64,000 nucleotides of DNA from a virus: the IMG/VR virus record IMGVR_UViG_3300025617_000007, positions 1 to 64,000 of that record; one strand, given 5' to 3'. Within the stretch, counting starts at the first letter, position 1. Each line of letters starts with the position of its first letter. A program made the position numbers and the translations under genes. The notes beneath the pieces are model-generated. The model saw nothing but the letters and a program-made list of their open reading frames with translations, was not told the DNA's origin and ran no database searches. Positions 46,042-56,000 of the stretch are shown in pieces.

Positions 46042-47054
46042 AATTGTCTTTTTTTGTTTTTGAATCTTCTTTTTTCTTTACGTGTAAGTTTCATAAAAGG
46101 TGTTAAAAATTCTACCCAAGCATTTCCATGTTTAGGTAAGTACTTAAAAATTCCATCACTCATCATCATCCTCATTAGATTTTTATAACCTCTACCATCC
46201 GGGTCTAATTCTTCTTTGTGGTAGAGTTCTATAATCTCTTTTGATTCTTCAGTGAGTAAAGGTAGTGATAAATCTACAAGTTTCTTATTAATTTCAAAAA
46301 ATTCTTCACCATAAATTCCACTCCTTGTTTTACCCGAGAGTAAATTTTGTAATGCCCTATTGTTTTTATCTGTTTTGTGTAATTCCTCAGCACGTTGTCT
46401 AATATCGTCAACAGTTACCACATTATCAACTATCTCAGGAAATAACTTAGCAAAAGTTTTCTCACCCATATATTGAATACCATTAATATTATCGGACTTA
46501 TCTCCTGAAATGATTTTAAAGGTTGATATGTTCTCATGCGGGATTGAAATTTCTTTCATTAGTACCTTATCTCCATTCTTAAGAGTTATTCTTTTCATAG
46601 GTTGGTACACCTCCACTTTGTCTGAGATAAGTTGTGTTAGGTCTTTATCTGAAGAAAAAATAGTCTTGTATTCATCTTGAGATATTTGACAATAATACGC
46701 TATTAAATCATCACTTTCAGTATTATCGACACATACTTGTCTTACAAACATTTCCTCTAAGTAAGTCTTTATTCTTTCAACTTGCCAATCAAAAGATTCT
46801 CTTTTCGATTCATTTAATGTTTGTTTACGATTTTGTTTATATTCAGGATAAATAAGTCGTCTTTGGGTAGAGTTATTTTCTCCATCCCAAAAGACGATTA
46901 CTTTATCGTAGTTATATTCCGATATAAATCTTTTGATTGTGTTGACAAAATGGTAAATTCCACCGATATGTCTTCCTTCGTGGTAAAATTCTTTTACCCC
47001 ATGAAAACCTATTTTGAATAAATTGTTTCCATCTACTAATAATGTTTTAACCAC
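46038..47054 (-). CDS. 5'-3' exonuclease / flap endonuclease (T4 RNase H / Pol I N-terminal-like)
   Basis: LLVDGNNL, VFWDG, YPEYKQNR, ESDDLIAY, SSDKDLTQL, GDKSDNINGI. Confidence 0.92.
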   Translation of the reverse strand: MVKTLLVDGNNLFKIGFHGVKEFYHEGRHIGGIYHFVNTIKRFISEYNYDKVIVFWDGENNSTQRRLIYPEYKQNRKQTLNESKRESFDWQVERIKTYLEEMFVRQVCVDNTESDDLIAYYCQISQDEYKTIFSSDKDLTQLISDKVEVYQPMKRITLKNGDKVLMKEISIPHENISTFKIISGDKSDNINGIQYMGEKTFAKLFPEIVDNVVTVDDIRQRAEELHKTDKNNRALQNLLSGKTRSGIYGEEFFEINKKLVDLSLPLLTEESKEIIELYHKEELDPDGRGYKNLMRMMMSDGIFKYLPKHGNAWVEFLTPFMKLTRKEKRRFKNKKRQL

Positions 47055-47071
47055 GTTTAATTTTTTAAGGG

Positions 47072-48073
47072 TTACACTTGTTTTTCTTCTTCTAACTTAA
47101 AGTCACCGTCAGTGCCGATAACCTCTTTCCAATATTCTGATTGCTCAGACTTGTAAGACTCAATAGATTTTTTCTCTTCGGTAGAGTCTTTACCTGCTAA
47201 AAATCCATGAGGGGTTACAATAATTTTTCCGTCTTCGTAACCCAAACCATTGATGTGGTTTTTCATTACAGACACTTTAGTACGTGTTGCAAATTTAACC
47301 TTTCTTTTGTCTTTTACAGCAGTTATTTTGTTAGTTCCCGCATTTTTTTGATTACCAAATAAGAATACCAAAGATGAATTCAACCAAATTGATTCACCAC
47401 CTTTAGCTTTAATCTTAGGTTGACCAAATGGGTTATCGGGTAACTCAACCCATGGTTGGTTTACAATCACTAAAGTATTTTCATATTTTGAATCTGACTT
47501 TCTCGACCCCGATATACGTTGGTTAATACCCATACCTATTTTATCTGCTAGTGTAGCGGCATTGTGTTGTTTTCCACCCTTACCGTCAAAAGTCATTTTA
47601 CACGGAACAGAACCTACTGAATCCCATAAGAATAATAAAGAGTAATCCAATTCACCTTTAGATTGAGCATCCAAAAGTTCATTAATATAGTCCGTGATTT
47701 GTTCAATATATTCAAAGTTATTATTGAAGATAAAGAAACCATCCCATTCTAACTCTCCCGTTTCTTCGTCCACAACTTCTTCACATTCAAAACCCATAAG
47801 TTTTGCATGTTCGAAGGACCACTTCTGTTCTGTAATGATGAAAACAGGTAAAATACCTTTTTTCTGAGCATCAACCGCAGTCTTTACTAATGCTGTTGTT
47901 TTACCTGTATCAGAATGTCCCAAGAACATATTCAAATGTCCAATTGCCGGTCCAGGTACTCCAACAGCATCCAAGAAGTCACCTCCTAAATCAAAAAACC
48001 TTTGTGGTTTGTATTTCGCAGAAGTTGAAAACTTCTTTTTAATGCTACTAAAATCTTTTTTCTTTATTGCCAT
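47072..48073 (-). CDS. uvsX: RecA/UvsX-like recombinase
   Basis: Walker A GHSDTGKTT, FIITEQK, Walker B FLWDSVG, LVIVNQ, GGESIW; sits next to the SSB gene as in T4-like phages. Confidence 0.88.
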   Translation of the reverse strand: MAIKKKDFSSIKKKFSTSAKYKPQRFFDLGGDFLDAVGVPGPAIGHLNMFLGHSDTGKTTALVKTAVDAQKKGILPVFIITEQKWSFEHAKLMGFECEEVVDEETGELEWDGFFIFNNNFEYIEQITDYINELLDAQSKGELDYSLLFLWDSVGSVPCKMTFDGKGGKQHNAATLADKIGMGINQRISGSRKSDSKYENTLVIVNQPWVELPDNPFGQPKIKAKGGESIWLNSSLVFLFGNQKNAGTNKITAVKDKRKVKFATRTKVSVMKNHINGLGYEDGKIIVTPHGFLAGKDSTEEKKSIESYKSEQSEYWKEVIGTDGDFKLEEEKQV

Positions 48074-48084
48074 ATTTTTTTATT

Positions 48085-48118
48085 AAAAGATGGTACAGAC
48101 ACGAATGTCTGTACCATC
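48085..48118 (-). terminator. 13-bp hairpin with UUCG loop between the SSB and recombinase genes
   Basis: gatggtacagaca-cgaa-tgtctgtaccatc (48089-48118); the minus strand reads stem-TTCG-stem-TTTT. Confidence 0.8.
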
Positions 48119-48131
48119 ATGTTAGTTTTTG

Positions 48132-48992
48132 TTAAAACGGTAGGTCGTCATCAACCTCAGATTCTGTTTGTGGGTCAACAGTTTTTTCTTGCTCTGTTGA
48201 CGTATTTGAAGAACCTCCAATTGTCATTTCTTCATCGTCACCGTAAACATATTTTTTAAGGTCACTATTCCATACAGGTGTTTCACCTCTCGCAATCGCT
48301 TCTAAATATTCTACGGGTTTTTGTGAGTAAACATCTTGCCAAGTCAATTCATCCTCAACCCATTCTTTTTGTTGTGATTCGTCATCCGAAATCTTACAAG
48401 GGTCGTCATACATAACTGTTTGTACTACTGTGTATTCAATACCTGAAGGTGTTTTAGACTTAGATAGTTCAACAATTAAGTCTCTACCTTCATTAGCATC
48501 TGTAATGTCTCCTTTAGCTCTCCAAATAGGGATAATCTTATCTAAGATACCTTCTTGTTTGTAGTTGTCTTTGAATCTCCAAAATTTAGGTCCGTGGTCT
48601 TCATTTTCACGGTCAATTAGTTTTACGATATAAAACTTACGTGGTCGGTACTGACTCGCTAATTTCTTGTCAGATTCTTTACCTGTTGAAATTAACTCTT
48701 CGTAAACCTCAGTAAGTGGTGAACGTTCACCGTCATTCTTTCCTGGGTCATAAAGTTTAGTCCATTTCCCGTCAATTTGGACTTCGTGGTACCATACTTC
48801 TTTGAAAGGTGATGAACCGTCAGGTGTTGGGAGAATACGAACTGTCTTTTGTCCTGATTTAGTACCTTTAGGTAGGTAAGTAGTGAAGTAACGTTTCAAT
48901 CTATCTTCTTGAGACATTGATTGACCTCCATTGTTGTTTTTTGATGTGTTTTTCTCATACTGAGATAACACTGCGTCAAGTGCATTTTTCAT
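48132..48992 (-). CDS. ssDNA-binding protein (T4 gp32-like) with a DDDLPF tail
   Basis: KTVRILP..SPFKEVWYH, KFYIVKLIDRE, ILDKI, GRDLIV; acidic C-terminus ending VDDDLPF. Confidence 0.8.
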   Translation of the reverse strand: MKNALDAVLSQYEKNTSKNNNGGQSMSQEDRLKRYFTTYLPKGTKSGQKTVRILPTPDGSSPFKEVWYHEVQIDGKWTKLYDPGKNDGERSPLTEVYEELISTGKESDKKLASQYRPRKFYIVKLIDRENEDHGPKFWRFKDNYKQEGILDKIIPIWRAKGDITDANEGRDLIVELSKSKTPSGIEYTVVQTVMYDDPCKISDDESQQKEWVEDELTWQDVYSQKPVEYLEAIARGETPVWNSDLKKYVYGDDEEMTIGGSSNTSTEQEKTVDPQTESEVDDDLPF

Positions 48993-49048
48993 AATTTTTT
49001 CTCTTTTCTCTTGTTAATTATTAAATTATTTTCTCGATTACTCTAAAG

Positions 49049-49079
49049 TAAATGTAACACATTAATTCGTTTTGTCAAA
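49049..49079 (-). promoter_or_regulatory. Host-type (Bacteroidota-like) promoter for the replication block
   Basis: Minus strand TTTG-N19-TACATTTA against the consensus TTTG-N19-21-TAnnTTTG; also reads as TTGACA-N16-TACATT. Confidence 0.5.
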
Positions 49080-49090
49080 TAGTTAAAATA

Positions 49091-49114
49091 AAAAAAGACC
49101 ACGAATCGTGGCCT
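49091..49114 (-). terminator. Intrinsic terminator upstream of the replication block
   Basis: Minus strand aaggccacg-att-cgtggtctt followed by a T-run. Confidence 0.8.
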
Positions 49115-49144
49115 TATTATAGTTAATCATATTTGGTTAGTCAA

Positions 49145-49792
49145 TTACATTTTATAATCATCTTCAAATGGTCTGTCAAAAGATTTTTTAATATCTCCCT
49201 CTGAATAATTCTCAACATCATCCGGAGTTAAAATATATTCATTCTTACCCGTTTTTTCCATTTCAACTTCTTTATCACTAAAGTAGTCCGTTAATTTTTG
49301 ATTATAAGGATAACTATCTAAACTTCTTAAAGATAGTTTTTCTTCAGGTGATTTTTGACGATACTTTTCAACTTTTTGTTCTAAACTATTAATCTTAGTT
49401 AATATTTGGTCCATATCATCTAATTTATTAGTTAAGTCATTCAACCTGTCCATCATAGTTTCCATATACTCTTCTTGTTTTGAAGACATATCTTTTTGAG
49501 TGGTTACTAAATCAGTAATATCTAATTCTTCAGTTCCTGTACCTTCATCATCTAAAGTTTCGGTACTTTCACTATCAGGTTCACCAACCACCTCAACATC
49601 AGGGTCGTTGTCAACATCAATAGGTGTAGTATCACCCATTTCGTTACCACCTAAATCCATATTAGTAGGTTCATCACTTTCACCACCAGTTAAATTCGCC
49701 GCTGGGTCAACAGGTTCTTCTTGTTCGGAAATATACCTATTAATACTATTGTATTTTTCTATTTCCTGTATAATTTTTTTATCTACTGACAT
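49145..49792 (-). CDS. Acidic protein with a coiled-coil C-terminal half
   Basis: 215 aa, D/E-rich linker, heptad pattern YMETMMDRLNDLTNKLDDMDQILTKINSLEQKV. Confidence 0.6.
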   Translation of the reverse strand: MSVDKKIIQEIEKYNSINRYISEQEEPVDPAANLTGGESDEPTNMDLGGNEMGDTTPIDVDNDPDVEVVGEPDSESTETLDDEGTGTEELDITDLVTTQKDMSSKQEEYMETMMDRLNDLTNKLDDMDQILTKINSLEQKVEKYRQKSPEEKLSLRSLDSYPYNQKLTDYFSDKEVEMEKTGKNEYILTPDDVENYSEGDIKKSFDRPFEDDYKM

Positions 49793-49804
49793 AATAAGTT
49801 TTTT

Positions 49805-50029
49805 TTAACCATTAAGAAGTGTTTTAACACCATGAGGTGTCTCAACTTTTAATGTTCTATTTAGTTTCATTGTATTATCCACTCTTTCAATAAGGCCGTC
49901 TTTCATTCTAACAGTATAACAATCGCCCGTGTCTAAATCACAAACCTCTTTATATCCGTTTCCTGTATCTTTTTCAGTAATTCTTGTGTCTTTTGACAAA
50001 AACTGGTCTAATAATGATTTTGTATTCAT
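49805..50029 (-). CDS. Small hypothetical protein
   Basis: 74 aa with its own TATTTAT (50044-50050). Confidence 0.6.
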   Translation of the reverse strand: MNTKSLLDQFLSKDTRITEKDTGNGYKEVCDLDTGDCYTVRMKDGLIERVDNTMKLNRTLKVETPHGVKTLLNG

Positions 50030-50076
50030 AATGTTTTTTATATATAAATATACGTTAATTGGTCTTTTTCTTATTT

Positions 50077-53000
50077 TTAAGAATTATCCCACTTTCTATT
50101 TTTAATTTTAAAAGTACTATAGGCATTATCAAACAATGACTTCCCATTTGAATTCGATTTTAAATCTCCGTCAACAGTGGCAATTATAACATCATCAACA
50201 TTACTAGCTGCGGTTAATTGTTTATCGTTAGTCGTTAATCTTAATGTATAATACCATAAATAAGAAAAACTAAGAGCCAAGTCTCCGTTAATGTTACTAT
50301 TAACTAAAAATGATTGGATTATTTGTTCATACTGTGAACATATTTGACCCATAAACTTAATAGATTCTGTTTCATCACCAAATGATATGTACGGAACTAT
50401 GTAGTCACCATCTCTAACACAAGTTTGATTATTAAATGGTACAGTCCATTTAGCGTTTTCCTTCATATTTTTAAGGTTAAAATAATTGTGATTTTTAGCC
50501 CTTAATTTTTGACTAACCCCCGTTTCAACGAATCCAACACCAAAAATATATTTTTTAACATTATCCGATAAAACTAACAAATCAATTTCATCCTTAAATT
50601 CAGTCTGAGTCAAATCAGTCGTAACGTTGTTAACGTAAGGTTTATCAATATTCTGTACGGCAACACACTTAGAATTATCCGCCTGTCTCTTACTATTGGT
50701 CTGACTATTACTATTTTTTATAGAACTTTGTCTAACTGACGTGTCACCAGTTGAACCGGCTAATGTAGGTACTCTTCTAATATCGGATTTGTAATTTTGA
50801 ATAATATCTCGATTAACACTTGAGATTAGACTATCTGGCATTTGTAAAGAATATTTAGTCGCCCTAACACCTTCAAATGTTGTAACAAAGTCTCTAGTTG
50901 TGATATCATGGTTAACACTCGTTATCAAGTAAGGACCATAAAACATGGGTACATGTCTTAAATTAAAATACATTGTCGGTTGAATCATAACATTACCCAT
51001 AGACACAACAGTACAATTATAACTAGAGTTTTTATAAAAGTTATATAGATTAGCGGTTTCCTGAGCAACTTTTTGACCGTCAGCCATTGAACCCATATTC
51101 GCCAATATTTGGAACGTAGGTGCGATGTTTTTTCTCTGCGACATGTCAATCGATATTGATTTAAACATATTTTGATTTCTAGTTCCGAAATCAACATTAA
51201 AGGCAACTACTTTATTTCTATTTGAAAAGTTAGTAACCCCATCCTCAGAAGTTCTTACCGAAGATAATGTAGGCTTAGAGATATCAAAAGCATCATCTTG
51301 AAATAAGTAATTAGTATTATTCGCAGAAGTATTAATTTTATCTGAAGTTTTACCAATATAAATAGCTAAGAATTTTGGTTCAGACCCATGAGTATCGACT
51401 TCTAAGAAAGTACCAAAAGAATTATTTGCAACATCACTATATGATGGGTCAGGCATACCCTCTTTTACTCTTTCATTTCTACCATAGAAATTGGAGTATG
51501 AAGGAACTGGCATATAAACAAAATTATTTTTTTCTAAAATATTTCCAATTAAACCTAAAACACTTTCAGTTGCTTTTGAGTTTTTTAAGAAAAATCTCAT
51601 ATCTTCAATATTAATAATAACCTTATCACCTATAGGTCTATTGGCTTTATCTAAAAATAAAAACTCCTCAAATAAAGTTTTACTTTTTAAATTTTGACCT
51701 GAAATCCACCTGTCATTAAAATTTTTAAAGGTTGACCATAATTCATTCTTATTAACATTACCATCCAACTTAGAAATTCTTTCTTGAGGTTGAACCTCTT
51801 TAACATTAGGTAATGTTTTATTAAGTGTTGTAAATATTTGGTCTAACATACTATATTGATATGTTAATCCATCAGACATAAAGTTTTCGAATTCATTTAA
51901 AAACTCACCTCTGTTTAATACACCATCATTATTATATTTTTTGGTTGCAAATATTTTAATAATTGGTGATAAGTCAATAACATTTAGTTCAGTAAACCTA
52001 ATATTCATTGTTGGGAAGAAATCGGTAACATATGAACCGTTATCAGTATATTTCATACCATCTTCCATATAATCACCCACATACTCATACATTGCCCTCC
52101 ACGCTTCAGGACTAATTGATTGACTGATAGATAAAGATAATGGATTACTACTCGTAGGTAACGTATTTGTTTGGTAAGTGTCAAAGTTTATCGGGTCGAC
52201 AGGTTTCAATAATTCATTAGAAGACAAAGAATCGAAAACTCTCCTATTAAACCCACCAGGATTACCTATCTTAAAAATTACATCTTTTTCAAATAACTCT
52301 TTAGTATTAAGACTAACAAGTTTACTCATTTGTGCCTTGGCAATTTCTTTAGCATCTTTTGATGCATTTACATTTGTTAAATTAGGTTTCCTAACGAATA
52401 ATAATGATTTCATTACCTTTTCAATATTAAACTCATACTCATTTTCGTAACTACCTAATTCTTGGTTATAATTCACTTTAGATGGATTATATACCATTTG
52501 TTTGTAATCTTTTTCTTTTTTACAGAAATTCAAAAAGTGAGATTCAAACTCGTCCAACATATCTTTAGAAAAAATTGCAAAAATTTCCTCGATTGATTTA
52601 TATGAGGTGTCCTTATTACCAATAATAAATGAATCTTGTTTGTCATCATCTCTATTAATGACTTTAATATATTCGGTAGTACTTGGTTTTTTTACCCAAC
52701 TATTATTAAAATATCCGTAGTTAGGTGCCGACCATAAGGTTCTTACTTGTCCGTTTTGAATCGCTTGATTATTTTCAATATTCTGAGTTAATTTTCCGTC
52801 ATTATTAAAAATTTCTCTTTGCGCTTGAGTAAATTTTAAATCTCCTGCTGATGGTATAACCAATAAATTACCTGTAGCATCTTCATCAAAAGATGAGTAC
52901 CCATCAATATCAAAGTATTGGAACCAACTTTCATAATTTAAAGCTCGATTCACATTATTAGGGTCATAACCCCCAATAAGTAAATTAGATTGTGATTGAC

Positions 53001-56000
53001 CCATTTTAAATCCTCCATTGGTAAACATTTCATCTAACTCAGTATTATCATAATTAATAAAGACATCTTCACCCGTAAAAAATTTGTAAGTACTATTAAT
53101 AACTTTAGGGTAAAATCCATTTTTTATCTCCAATAAATCACCTTGTATCTTCTCAGGTACATATGTCGAAGTTACAGGTGTTAGACTATTATACGATTTA
53201 ATCGTATAAGTTTTATTATAGTCGTCACCAATCGGGTCATAAGCGTTCACATAGTTAAAGTCATCCCATATCCCATCTAAAATATCACCATTACCATTCT
53301 TATCTTGTTTATAACGATGCCATATTGACCCGTATTTTAGTAACCATAAGTAAGGTATTTTATGAATCGCAGCAAATTTACTTAATCCCGCAAATATGTA
53401 ATCACCCCATTTTGTTTGTGACACACCGTCATCGGATAAAGACTTAGTTAGATATTTTTCACTGAGCGTTGGTAAAGGTAAAGAATTTAAATACAAATAA
53501 CCTAACCCCACATATGGATTAACGTTACCCGAACTTTCATCTTCAACACCTTTCATTAACGCATTAACAAAATAAGGAGTATTAAGTAACGATGTTGTTT
53601 GTAAAGAGCTTAAATTATTTGTTGAGGTATCATAACTATTTCCATAATTTAAAACACTCTCACTTAAATAAAAATCTTTACTCTCTCTATTCTCATAATA
53701 TCTCTTTACCTCATCATTTGTTTGGTACGAAGTCACTCCACCACTTGATGTGTTTTGAGAAGGTAAGTTAGGTAAGTTTTTTTCAAAGTTAAAATAAGTG
53801 AAATACTTATTTGTATATCTCTCATCTGAATCCCCCTCATCATTAAATGTCGCTAAAGTTTTTTTAAGAATATTAAAACTCATAATGTCAGTAGTCGAAT
53901 TTGCCCCTCTAAAATTAGTGACCGATTTACCATTGGCTAAATTTTGACGTATCCAACTATCACTGTTAAATGGAAATTTATCTAAGAATGTTTCACCGTT
54001 AGAAGATGTACCACTAATGTAATCCTCTAATGCTGAAACCGATTTTGTAGATGATTCAATTTCAGTGGAATCTGTAAGTATACTATCGATAGAATATATA
54101 CCGAAATCTTTATTGATATACCCTTCTAAATAATTTTGAGTATATATATCTCTAACTTTTTTAGAATAAAAACTTCCTTGACCATTATTGGATATCGAAG
54201 ATAATTCGTTTATATAACTTTGAGGAGTAAATTTAAAGTTCTTAAATAGTGTAGTTAATCCAGGACTATCTTTTAGACCTGACTTAATATTAATTGACTC
54301 AAAATCTGCGAAAACATTATATAATGTTTTTCTAAAATTATCATTTCTAATAATTTTATTATAGTGAGAACCCAAATATGTCCTTTCGTAAATTTCATAT
54401 AGAAAAGAAACTGCTTCCTCATTAATGTATGGTAGATTTTCAAATGGAAATTCAACCGCATTAATACCCATATATGGAGATATCTGTGTCTCATTACCAT
54501 AATTAATATTAATTGTAGGTTTATCTTTTTCCAATGAAGCTTTTAAATATTCTTCAACAAATTGTATTTCAGGCCATTTTTTATTATTCCACCCATTAAT
54601 TGAGTTTATAATTGTTGGCTGTCCAGGATACTTTATTTCATATTTAGTGTCTCCGTTTTCCTCAACCACTTCTTGAATAAACTGAGGCCACGGGTAAACG
54701 AGTTTAGTTTCTTTTAACTGACCATTCGTTCCATCAATAGTTGCAACATCAACCATCTTTTTATAATCTTCACCATAAGATTTTTCATCAGGAATTATCG
54801 CACGTATCCTATCGGCATCTGTCCTAACATTCCAAGCATTCTCATGAACCTCATCCATTAACCTATAAAAAGCCTCAGCATTTGCACAAATAACCGCCAA
54901 AACATTATTAACGGTCGGATTAAAACCTAAACCAACGTCAGATGAAATAATTTTTTTAGACAGTGCTTCGGATAATCTTTTTTCAATGTCTTTTCTATTT
55001 CTTTCAAAACTATCTTCAATTTTTTTAAGTTTAGCTAAGAAAGTTCCGTTTTGAAAATTATCAGCATTTAATGTTTCACCAAACTTTATCAATGTGGTAC
55101 CAACCTCATCTTCTACAATGTCACCGTTTTCATTAATGCTATATTCTTTAGATGTTAACTCAAAAGATGCCCTTATTTTATTTTCAAAAATACTCAACTC
55201 TTCGTCTGTCGGTTCATTTCCTTTTCGTCTAATATATGTTTTTTTGTAATCTATAACACTCGGGTCCAATATTTGCTCAACTAAGTTGTTTGGTTTTATA
55301 TTAATCGAAATTTGTGATTCATAATCTTTACCTTCAATAGTATATTTTCCCGGGTCATAAAAAGTAGGACTTTCCTTTAGTTTTTTATTACCTTTTAATA
55401 CCTCACCTTTTAATTCAGAGAGAGCCCCTTTACGAGCATCTTCATCAAATTCTTTTTTGAAACCATAAAGAACAGAAGATTTTGTGTCGTTGGTTACATA
55501 GATTTCAGAAGTATCAATATACTTATTAAACCAACTACCAGAAACATTAGTAAATATTGATTTCCTATAGTTCTTTATATCAGTTTGAAATGTTACAATA
55601 TCATTTAGTACTGACATATCTTCTTTACTATAAGCTTCCATGACATACCGATTAAAATATTCCAACCTCATTTTCATTTGGTTCAGAGTAATTTCAGGAA
55701 AGTCATCCGCAATTAAACCTTTAGATTTATAAAGAGAATAAACCTCTTTAATTTTTTCCATACCCTTAGTTGTGGTTTTTCTTTCAGTACCTATCGTACC
55801 GTCAGCAGTTCCATTGGTATCATTGTCAATTAGATAATCTTTAGGGAAGATATGCGGTGTCGCATATAAATAATCCATTAAAGTATCTTGTAAGAAGGCG
55901 TGTGAACGAGCAATAAAGTTTGTAGTTATTTTATAGCTACCATCTGAAGGGTCAAACCTGGCGTTAAAGTCTTTTAGTATTAATTCTAATTTAATTGCCT

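Noticed and set aside
41129-48073. Inteins, introns or homing endonucleases in nrdA, nrdB, helicase or recombinase
   Set aside because: All have normal lengths and contiguous motifs.
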